From: a virus | Lineage: Duplodnaviria > Caudoviricetes | DNA length: 47,268 nt | IMG/VR virus record: IMGVR_UViG_3300023214_000238 | Span: 1-47,268 of that record | Direction: 5' to 3' (one strand) | Part shown: one piece after another, positions 36,466 through 44,470 of the stretch | Numbering within the stretch: position 1 is the first letter of the stretch | How the letters are laid out: the number at the start of each line of letters is the position of its first letter | Translations under genes and position numbers: made by a program | The notes under the pieces: model-generated | Database searches by the model: none | The model's input: the letters and a program-made list of their open reading frames with translations, nothing else | What the model was told of the DNA's origin: nothing

Positions 36466-36939
36466 ATGAACACTCTTCCATCGGTCCCGTCGGAGCGGAT
36501 TGAAGAATGGCGTTCATTCGGAATCGCTGATTCGTTCGCGATCGTCCTAGGCTCCCGAAGTCGATGGAGCGCGGTCGAAATCCTGGACACCGCCGACTCG
36601 TCGGGAGTCTCGCCCGTTACCGCGCTCTGGCTCGTTCTAAGGGAGGATTTCATCGAATCGGAAACTCTTCATGAGTTTATCCGATGGTGCGACGCCTATT
36701 CAGAGTCTCGCGGCGCTTCGCCGCGCCGCGAGCGCCTCGACCCGTCCGAGGCGAGCCGCGCCGCCGGCCGCGCTTCATGGACTGCGGGCTTTCAGACATA
36801 TAATAAATCGCTGTTCCGTTTCGGGTTCGACGGGCCGGCGTCGAAAAGGCTCGCCAGCGCGGCCGCACGCGCGTGCCTACGTCTGCAAATCTGCACACTC
36901 CGAAATCTGATCCTCAAGAATCAGAGGGAGATCATATGA
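36466..36939 (+). CDS. Hypothetical protein, diverged paralogue of 24114-24857
   Basis: GGAG RBS; RWSAVEIL...LWLVL...WC...LQI..L..LI shared with the Ala-rich protein. Confidence 0.7.
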   Translation: MNTLPSVPSERIEEWRSFGIADSFAIVLGSRSRWSAVEILDTADSSGVSPVTALWLVLREDFIESETLHEFIRWCDAYSESRGASPRRERLDPSEASRAAGRASWTAGFQTYNKSLFRFGFDGPASKRLASAAARACLRLQICTLRNLILKNQREII

Positions 36940-37051
36940 GCGGTTGCCGACGTAAGGCCCAACATCCACTCATGCATCCATAGGTGCGTGCACCCATTCA
37001 CTCACTCACAGCCACGAAAAAACGCGCGCTTTTTTCGAAGAAGTCTGTCAC

Positions 37052-37076
37052 ATTTCGGCCCCCCGTGCGATATACT
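37052..37076 (+). promoter_or_regulatory. Putative early promoter 2
   Basis: ATTTCGG-N12-TATACT, paralleling 33614-33637. Confidence 0.5.
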
Positions 37077-37125
37077 AGTAGAGGCGGACGGGAAACCAGA
37101 CACACACGCAAACGGGAGACGAGAG

Positions 37126-37374
37126 ATGCAAAGCCGAATCGACACGCTGAAGACGATCATGCGGGCCGCCGACCAGCACCCGACGACGACGCAGGCCCAG
37201 ATCGCGGACGTCTTCGCCGACCTGAAGGCCGCCGACGCGAAGGCCCTAGCCGACAGCTTCCTCGGCGTCAAGGTCGCCCGCTCGAAGAAGCATGCGATCG
37301 AGACGGTTGAGCATAAGGTCTTTCAAGTTCAACAGAGCACGCTCCGCAGCCGCGAGATTCTGAGCTTTTCCTGA
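37126..37374 (+). CDS. Small hypothetical protein
   Basis: GGGAG RBS; strongly GC3-biased codons. Confidence 0.7.
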   Translation: MQSRIDTLKTIMRAADQHPTTTQAQIADVFADLKAADAKALADSFLGVKVARSKKHAIETVEHKVFQVQQSTLRSREILSFS

Positions 37375-37407
37375 GCCACAGAAGAGAGGGGAGAGGGGAG
37401 ACGAGTG

Positions 37408-37998
37408 ATGAGCGCCAAGACCATCAAGGCGAAGCGAGGCGAGAAGATGACCACGAACGAAGCGATCACGACTCTCGAGGTTATGGTGGGCGTCGGGCTG
37501 ACCCGGACACAGGCGGAGGCAATCGTCGAGCGGATCGCGGGCCGGACCTTGGCGGCGGACCTCAAGCGAGCGTCCAAGGCGGTCACGGGCAAAGCGGGCC
37601 GCACGAAGGCAGATGCGGCGAGCCGGTTGGTCGATGCCCTGGCGTCCGACGGACTGGCGATCGGGCCGAAGGCTGAGACCGAGACCGAGACCGAGACTGA
37701 GACTGAGACGGTCAACCTGGACCAGGCCATCCTGGACGAGATGCGAACGGTCATCACCGAGCGGTACGGCTGGCTCGGCTACGCCCCGGTGCACGAAGTG
37801 CGGACCGCGATCGCCCGCCGGCTTGGCGCCGACGCCGCCAGCCACGTCCGGTTCGACCGGGTCGTCAAAGACCTAGATCGTCAGGGGCGAATCGTGCTCC
37901 AGCCGATCAACGACATGAGCAAGGCGACCAAAGAGGAGCTCAACGCCAGCATCCCCGGCTACAACGTCACCTGGTACTACCTTGAGCCGGCGGCCTGA
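37408..37998 (+). CDS. Two-domain hypothetical protein with (ET)n linker
   Basis: GGGGAG RBS; GAGACN x6 linker; C-terminal winged-helix-like segment. Confidence 0.75.
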   Translation: MSAKTIKAKRGEKMTTNEAITTLEVMVGVGLTRTQAEAIVERIAGRTLAADLKRASKAVTGKAGRTKADAASRLVDALASDGLAIGPKAETETETETETETVNLDQAILDEMRTVITERYGWLGYAPVHEVRTAIARRLGADAASHVRFDRVVKDLDRQGRIVLQPINDMSKATKEELNASIPGYNVTWYYLEPAA

Positions 37999-38016
37999 GC
38001 GCGACTGACCCAACCC

Positions 38017-38038
38017 GCCCCCGGCACGCGCCGGGGGC
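38017..38038. repeat. GC-rich intergenic hairpin element copy 3
   Basis: GCCCCCGGC-ACGC-GCCGGGGGC. Confidence 0.8.
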
Positions 38039-38152
38039 ACACCTCGCGCTTCGCACACCTCGCGCTTCGCACACCTCGCGCTTCGCACACCTCGCGCTTC
38101 GCACACCTCGCGCTTCGCACACCTCGCGCTTCGCACACCTCGCGCTTCGCAC
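38037..38152. repeat. Perfect 16-bp tandem repeat x7.25
   Basis: GCACACCTCGCGCTTC seven times plus GCAC. Confidence 0.97.
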
Positions 38153-39041
38153 GAATTCAGGATTCGTAATATCAAGATGGGCTCATGCTGGCTTTTTAGC
38201 ACCTACGCGCTCCCGCGCGCGCTCAATTGGGCCAGGCGAGTTTCAGGACGCGCGAAGAAATGGACATGGATGGAACGGCCTTCCCATAAACAGATGCTTA
38301 TGCGTTTCTGATTTGACACCCGCAGGTGCTCAGATTCTCATGTGTCAGGCATGGGCAAATCTTGATATGTTTGGACGCTCATATGAGGTCGCGCTTGAGT
38401 GACACTGACAAGTGTATGATGATGTGAGTGAGTGTCACTTTTGTTCACGCGATGATTCCGTCACATGTGGATTCGAGCATATAAGGGGCCTCGATTGTGT
38501 TCATATGTGGGGGTGAGGGATTGGGCACATGAGGGAGTTTGCATATTAGGGATTGGGCATGTGATTGCGGGTGATCACATGAGAGATCGTTGATTGCAAC
38601 ATCTGTTCAATTAAGGACTTGCGTGTATGATTGTCATGTGACTGATGGGCACATGTGGGATTGCGGATTCGGGAATATGGCGTTACGTCGATATGATGCT
38701 GTGCGTTGGCGACGAGCGGAAAGAGGCGACCAGATCGGACTGAGCGGATGGCGGACGGCGGCTCAATGTCATCCCAATGTCGCCGCCTGGCGGGGCGGGG
38801 GCCGGCGTGTCGCCAGAGTGTCACTGGCCCGGCGACTGGCCGGCGTCCGATGGGTTCGCCTACGACGTTCGGACTACAAGCCAGGCATGGCAGCGACTAC
38901 AGTTGTAGGATGCCCCGATTTTCGACTGCCTAATTTTTGGGCAGTGCTGCCTAATTTTGGGGCAGTGCGTGAGATTGCGTCCATCCACGCATGCACTATG
39001 CACCCATCCACCTTGCGATGCAAAGCCGCCCCCCGCGATTC

Positions 39042-39429
39042 CATCCATGCATGCACGTATTCAGTCGTCCATCCACCCATGCACTCACCCATTGGCTTAT
39101 CAGTGCATCCATCCATCCACCCATTCATTCCCCCATAATTCCAAACATGCATCCATGCGCCCATGCATCCAAACGCTCACGCATCCATCCATCTACCCAC
39201 TCACCCGTGAATGCATGCATGCATGAACCTGCCCATGCATCCATCCATGAATCCATGCATCCACCCATCCATTGTCGCATGCGTCCATCCACCCATGCAT
39301 GCACCCATGCACCCATCCAGTCAAGCACGATCTCATCCATTCACTCATGCATCCATGCATGCATGCATGCATCCATCCATCCACCCACTCATCCACCCAT
39401 GCATGCACCCATGCATCCACCCAAACATG
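39042..39429. repeat. Degenerate 4-bp-register (CATG)n array, right
   Basis: 97 consecutive tetramers in register, mostly CATG/CATC/CACC. Confidence 0.9.
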
Positions 39430-39891
39430 AGGGATACAACGGTAAATTTACATATGTTGATGCGTTGTGTCGCCCACCTCCAATTTTCGTCACTGAACTA
39501 TCGAAATTGAACCTAGGACAAGAGTAGGATGGATGAAGTTGGATTCACGAAAAGAATGTCCTGTATTGATGCTGGGGCACCCTAGCGTGTGTGCGTGTGT
39601 GCGTGTGTGCGTGTGTGCGCGCCTATTAGGAATTAATACTCCCTTCGGTCGTATTAATGGACTCTGGTACTACACTCCGTGTATCTTCAGATACTTCGTA
39701 TCTTCAGATACACTCCGTTCCGTCCCAGAGTCTTTTCCATTCAACGCCTCTCTTAATCCGAAATGCAATGGTTCAGAATGAACCATTTCCATTGTATCCG
39801 TGCGGGCGCGCGAATTTCGCGTGTGCGTGCGTGCGGGCGCGCGTGAGGGACCGGCCCAGAGGCGGACCTGGGTGGGTGGGTTAAATCCACG

Positions 39892-40226
39892 ATGCCGCTG
39901 AGAGGCCCTGAGAGGCTATGTAAGGCCATCCTGGGGGTGTGGTCGATAGATTCGCCACCCAGGTCGCCGCGTGGCCTTACAGAGGCTTCTAGGGGCCTTA
40001 GAACGAAAGGGGGGTGTTCCAGGTGGTCCGGGAATTCAGGTCCCAAGCCTGGACTCCCTAGATTACGTTCTGGACTTCCTAGGTTGCACTTGGGGCGGGG
40101 GGCACTGGGCCTGGAATGCCGCTGAGAGGCCCTGTGTGCCCCTGTGAGGCGATTCTAGGCCTGAGGTCGATATAAACGCCACCTTGGAGTGAAAACGCCT
40201 TACAGAGGCTTCCAGGGGCCTTAGAA
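39892..40226. repeat. Duplicated box pair upstream of terS
   Basis: 19-bp box at 39892 and 40116; 30-bp box (1 mismatch) at 39974 and 40197. Confidence 0.85.
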
Positions 40227-40289
40227 TGGAAATCGCGATTTTTCTACCTGGAAACCTAGATTTAGAGTTATGGTTATATAGGGGGCTTC

Positions 40290-40838
40290 ATGGAAATCGA
40301 AAAAGCTAAACAAGCCGACGGCCAGACTCCGGCAAAGGACGTCGATCCCCTTGAGGGCCTTGACGACGAAGAGCGAAGGTACGTCAACGTTTACCTCAAC
40401 GAAGGAAATCATAATCACCGGAGAACGGCAAGGCTAATTGGACGAAAGAGTCCACTTTATAGGCCCAGGGTTCGCGAGGCGATCGACCTTCTGCTTTCCT
40501 ACGAGTCCCCTTCGGAACAAGAGGTCCTTTCCCGACTTGGGGAGTGGATGTTTTTCGATCCCTCGGAACATGGAGACAGGTGGCGTAAGTACGATCCGGA
40601 CTTGGGGATATGGAAAGCTAATTGGTCTTACATTCGCGAAAAAGGCGTTGGTAGGTTCATCAAGTCTGTGAAGAACGACAGGTCGGGAAATGAACTCATA
40701 GAGTGGCACTCGCAGACTGAAATTGCCCATCTCATCGCGAAGGCGCTCGGTATGACAACGGAGACATCTCGAAGCTTGAGCGTCAATCTTCACACGGCGA
40801 GCGAGGAAGAGCTTCGCCGTATCGTGGAGGGGAAGTGA
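40290..40838 (+). CDS. Putative terminase small subunit
   Basis: LDDEERRYVNVYL...TARLIG...RPRVREAID N-terminus; AKALGM...SEEELRRI C-terminus; upstream of terL. Confidence 0.7.
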   Translation: MEIEKAKQADGQTPAKDVDPLEGLDDEERRYVNVYLNEGNHNHRRTARLIGRKSPLYRPRVREAIDLLLSYESPSEQEVLSRLGEWMFFDPSEHGDRWRKYDPDLGIWKANWSYIREKGVGRFIKSVKNDRSGNELIEWHSQTEIAHLIAKALGMTTETSRSLSVNLHTASEEELRRIVEGK

Positions 40839-41242
40839 TGTCGAAGCCAAAGAGACCAGACTTCTCGCCGTATGTCCGTAAAGTGGCAGACCTTATAAAA
40901 CTGAGGGACTGGTCGATAATCGTCAAGAACAAGGCTGGGGACAGCGACAATGTCGCCGCTGAAGTCTTCATTGACAACTACGCGCGACGGGCCACCATAG
41001 AGATTCGGGATTGCTTCTACGACCTCAATAGGAAACAACAAAAGACAATTGTCATACATGAGCTTATCCACTGTCACTTGGAATGGATGGTGCGGGCCTA
41101 TGAGGACCTCATCCCCGGAATGAAGGGGGAGCAGAACGAAGGGTGGTTGGAGCTGGCGGTTAATTCGATAACGGACATCCTTATCGACAAGATTCCGAGT
41201 CCCAGGATCACAGAGACGGATGGCAAGACGACAGTACGATAA
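40838..41242 (+). CDS. Small HExxH metallopeptidase-like protein
   Basis: TIVIHELIHCHL followed by E.AV. Confidence 0.65.
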   Translation: MSKPKRPDFSPYVRKVADLIKLRDWSIIVKNKAGDSDNVAAEVFIDNYARRATIEIRDCFYDLNRKQQKTIVIHELIHCHLEWMVRAYEDLIPGMKGEQNEGWLELAVNSITDILIDKIPSPRITETDGKTTVR

Positions 41243-42848
41243 ACGGGACAGGGCCGCCGCCGCCCTTGAACTCAAACACCGTGAGTATAAACGCTTGTGC
41301 CTTGAGTGTAAAGGCGACCCCGCAAAATACGTGCGAGATATTCGCGGCGAATGGCCGACGCCCGATCAAGAACGGGCCTTGGGAATGGCGGTCGAGAACA
41401 GGCGTACCGCGTGGATGGCCGCTCACGCCGTGGGGAAGACGCGATGCGCCGCCTGGCTCGCGGGGTACTGGTACGATTGTCATGAGAAGTCGATTGCCTA
41501 TATCACCGCGCCAACCTGGGATCAAGCCCTTGGCTTGACCTTCAAGGAGATTACCGCTCTAAGGCGAAGTGGCTGCAAGGCTTGGCGTGGCGAGATGCCC
41601 GGTCAGATTCTCAAAACGGGCCTCATCCGCGATCAAAACGAGATGCTGGAAGGCTCCCACTATATCAAGGCCATCAACGCCGAGTCGGGGGAGGGATTCC
41701 AGGGTGAACACTCCGCGCCGATACTCATCATTTTCGAGGAAGCTACGGGCGTCCCCGAATACATATGGGAAGCCGCCGAAGGCTTGATGACCCACCCTGA
41801 TTGCCGAATTCTGGCGATTGGAAACCCCACAGATGAGGCGACTCGCTTCGGGATGGCGTGCAAGGACGGATCAGGCTACGCCCGAATGTCCGTCTCCGTG
41901 TTCGATCACCCAAACATTCAGCTGGAAATGGAGGCGAAGAAGCCCCAAGTCCCTGAAGCGGTTCGACTTATATGGCTCAAGGAACAGCTTGAAATCAATA
42001 CGGAGCTGACAGACGGGGATGACATTGAGGGCTTCAAGTTTTGGTCAATCCCGACAATCTCTAAGTCGTTGGCTGGAGTTCCCTTATCAAAAAACCCCGA
42101 AGCCACGGAGTGGCATTATAGGCCAAACGCCATCTTCGAGGGCCGGGCATTGGGGAGGTTCCCAGGCCAAGTCCTCAATCAAGTCATTCCCATGCGGTGG
42201 CTTGAGAGGCTTGAACGGAAGGAACCCCCCGTTGACGAGCTTCCGGAGATTGGCGTTGACTGCGCCCGTTCAGGCGACGACAGAACCGTCATTGTTGTCC
42301 GCCAGGGTCCATGCGCTCTTAGGGCCGACGTACTGCGCCACATGAATCAGGAATACGTCACTCGCCATGTAAGAGAAGTCATTCACTGGGCGGCGTCCGG
42401 CGACGGAAGGGGCTTCGACAAGCATTCTATTTTGACCCGATTCGACATCACGGGAGGCCTCGGAACGGGACCGGTGGACGCTCTGGAGTCAGAGGGCTAC
42501 AACATCGAGGGGGTCAATTCAAGCCAATCCTCTGATGACCCAGACCAGTATCCGAACATGCGGTCTCAACTCTGGTTCACCATGAGGGATCGTGTCCGGC
42601 GCGGGGACTTAGACATTTCCCGGCTGCTTTGGGAAATAAGAAACAAGCTCATGATCGAATTGGCGATCCCTAAATGGGAGCCCGACAATAAGGGCCGAAA
42701 GATCGTTGAGTCCAAAAAGGAAATCAAGAAACGCCTAAAAGAGTCCCCCGACCTGGCCGACGCGCTGAATCTCGCATACAGTGAGCCGCCCGAATCAACA
42801 GAAGTCCGCCCAATCAACTTGGAGAGATTTCGAGAGAGAATCGTCTGA
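41220..42848 (+). CDS. terL: Terminase large subunit
   Basis: AAHAVGKT Walker A, IFEEA Walker B, IGNP motif C, GVDCARSGDDRTV and SPDLADAL nuclease motifs. Confidence 0.95.
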   Translation: MARRQYDKRDRAAAALELKHREYKRLCLECKGDPAKYVRDIRGEWPTPDQERALGMAVENRRTAWMAAHAVGKTRCAAWLAGYWYDCHEKSIAYITAPTWDQALGLTFKEITALRRSGCKAWRGEMPGQILKTGLIRDQNEMLEGSHYIKAINAESGEGFQGEHSAPILIIFEEATGVPEYIWEAAEGLMTHPDCRILAIGNPTDEATRFGMACKDGSGYARMSVSVFDHPNIQLEMEAKKPQVPEAVRLIWLKEQLEINTELTDGDDIEGFKFWSIPTISKSLAGVPLSKNPEATEWHYRPNAIFEGRALGRFPGQVLNQVIPMRWLERLERKEPPVDELPEIGVDCARSGDDRTVIVVRQGPCALRADVLRHMNQEYVTRHVREVIHWAASGDGRGFDKHSILTRFDITGGLGTGPVDALESEGYNIEGVNSSQSSDDPDQYPNMRSQLWFTMRDRVRRGDLDISRLLWEIRNKLMIELAIPKWEPDNKGRKIVESKKEIKKRLKESPDLADALNLAYSEPPESTEVRPINLERFRERIV

Positions 42849-42891
42849 TTTTCTCCAAAGGCGGCGCGATTTAGCTCCATAAGGGTAAACG

Positions 42892-43443
42892 ATGAACCTC
42901 CTAGGCCACCTTCCACAAACGAACATACACAACCTTGGCGATGTCCTGCGGGGCCACACCCAGGGCCAAGAGTGGCATCTTCTAAGGTGCCGCGCGTCTC
43001 AAGACGGAAGGCTGGCTGACTGGCTTGAAAGCCGCTTCTCATTCTACAGAGCCTTGGGTGTTCACCGTCATGGCAAGACGGGCCTCATGTCCACCCAGAG
43101 CCTCTTTCCTGGTTACATCTTCCTCTTGCTGAAGGGTAATTGTGAAGATGTTGGGATTCCAGGGTCTCCGGTTGCCTGCCACGTGGACCCCATAGTGGAC
43201 CAAGAGGAGTTCTCGAAGCAACTCGCCGCAATTGATGCGGAGTCGCGAGTCAAGTCGGGCAAGGAAATGGGGTCGGCCTTGTCCCCTGGGGACGCCGTGG
43301 AGATCGTTTCTGGCTCATGTTGGGGGTTCAGTGGCATTTTAGATCGCATCGACAAAACCACGGCTATCGTTGAAGTTGAAATGATGGGAAGCCGGGTCCT
43401 CATTCAGGTTTATCCCTGGAACCTCGAAAGGTCTTACGTTTGA
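42892..43443 (+). CDS. NusG/RfaH-family transcription elongation factor (NGN + KOW)
   Basis: WHLL.C, SLFPGYIFL, and KOW motif GDAVEIVSG..WGFSGI. Confidence 0.85.
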   Translation: MNLLGHLPQTNIHNLGDVLRGHTQGQEWHLLRCRASQDGRLADWLESRFSFYRALGVHRHGKTGLMSTQSLFPGYIFLLLKGNCEDVGIPGSPVACHVDPIVDQEEFSKQLAAIDAESRVKSGKEMGSALSPGDAVEIVSGSCWGFSGILDRIDKTTAIVEVEMMGSRVLIQVYPWNLERSYV

Positions 43444-43886
43444 TGAGCGTTATTCGCGTTCAGGCTCCGTTGGACGATGCCGTAAAGAAGGTTTACGTCC
43501 AATATCACAACGACGCCCCCAGCGAGCAGCCCCTCATTCTCGGCTCCGTTCTTACCGAGATAATTGCCAGCCTTCTTTTCAGGGTTCTTCGCGAATGCTT
43601 GAGTAGCAGCCCCGCCCGGATTAATCGCCAGGCCAAGCGAATGCTCGCAAACAGATGGTGGGACGTCGTTTCGAGCCTCCGGCTGTCTCGACTAAAGAGG
43701 ACGGCGCTGGCCCATGTCGCTATGCAGTCGGGGACAGACGAGCACGACGAAGCCTCTCATTTCATAGCCGACCACGTTGTTCGGAGTATGCTGGAGGCGG
43801 CTTCAAGGTCAAACACAACGGAGATCTCTGCCGCAATGGCCAGCGTGGCCCACATGTCTCAATCCCAGGGCGGCGGTTTCGAATGA
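43443..43886 (+). CDS. Hypothetical protein
   Basis: TGATG coupling. Confidence 0.65.
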   Translation: MSVIRVQAPLDDAVKKVYVQYHNDAPSEQPLILGSVLTEIIASLLFRVLRECLSSSPARINRQAKRMLANRWWDVVSSLRLSRLKRTALAHVAMQSGTDEHDEASHFIADHVVRSMLEAASRSNTTEISAAMASVAHMSQSQGGGFE

Positions 43887-44470
43887 GACTGAAACAATGC
43901 CCGGTCGTGGCATGGATTGGCCTGTTTGGCCTCGCGGCATCCACGGCAGCCGAAGGGCCCATTGTTGAGATAAGGACGTCCCGGCCGGCCGTTATCCGGG
44001 TCTACCAAGGGGCAGACGGCGAGCTCTGGTATCTCATTGGCCCAACGGACTCTGAGCCGCCAATTGACTCGCCGGGGCCTGACAAGCCGTCTCCGCCCGC
44101 GCCGCCGGTCCCCGAACCTGAGCCTGAACCCGAACCTGAGCCTGAGCCTGATGACCCGGCTGCAAAGTGGGACCAGCGGATCGAACGGGTACTGGACATT
44201 GCGCCGGATGATGAACATGCACGCTTAGTCGCAAAGCTCGGTTGGGCGTGCAAGGCGGTCCATGAGTCTGAAACACAGATGGACGGTCCGGCGACAGCCG
44301 CCGTGCTGGCGACTCGCACACTCGACGCTCTGGCTACGGGAAACGAGCGAATTGCCATGGCTGTCGGCCGAGCGGCCGATTACTTCGCGCCTATTGAAGA
44401 TCCGTCCGAGGCCAAGAGGGAACTTGTGCGCTTTTGGCGAGCGCTGAACCGCTGGGAGAGCCGCCAGTGA
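43883..44470 (+). CDS. Exported/membrane-anchored protein with Pro-Glu linker
   Basis: Signal-peptide-like N-terminus (MRLKQCPVVAWIGLFGLAASTAA); PEPEPEPE tract. Confidence 0.7.
   Translation: MRLKQCPVVAWIGLFGLAASTAAEGPIVEIRTSRPAVIRVYQGADGELWYLIGPTDSEPPIDSPGPDKPSPPAPPVPEPEPEPEPEPEPDDPAAKWDQRIERVLDIAPDDEHARLVAKLGWACKAVHESETQMDGPATAAVLATRTLDALATGNERIAMAVGRAADYFAPIEDPSEAKRELVRFWRALNRWESRQ

Noticed and set aside
38037-38152. CRISPR array
   Set aside because: Units are 16 bp and contiguous, with no spacers; no cas genes
38546-40125. ORFs in the repeat-rich region (e.g. 38991-39527) and 32825-33271
   Set aside because: His/Pro/Met/Cys-rich translations open in several frames are by-products of 4-bp repeats
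41220-42848. Intein or intron in terL, helicase or thyA
   Set aside because: Lengths are ordinary, frames are continuous and no splicing motifs were seen
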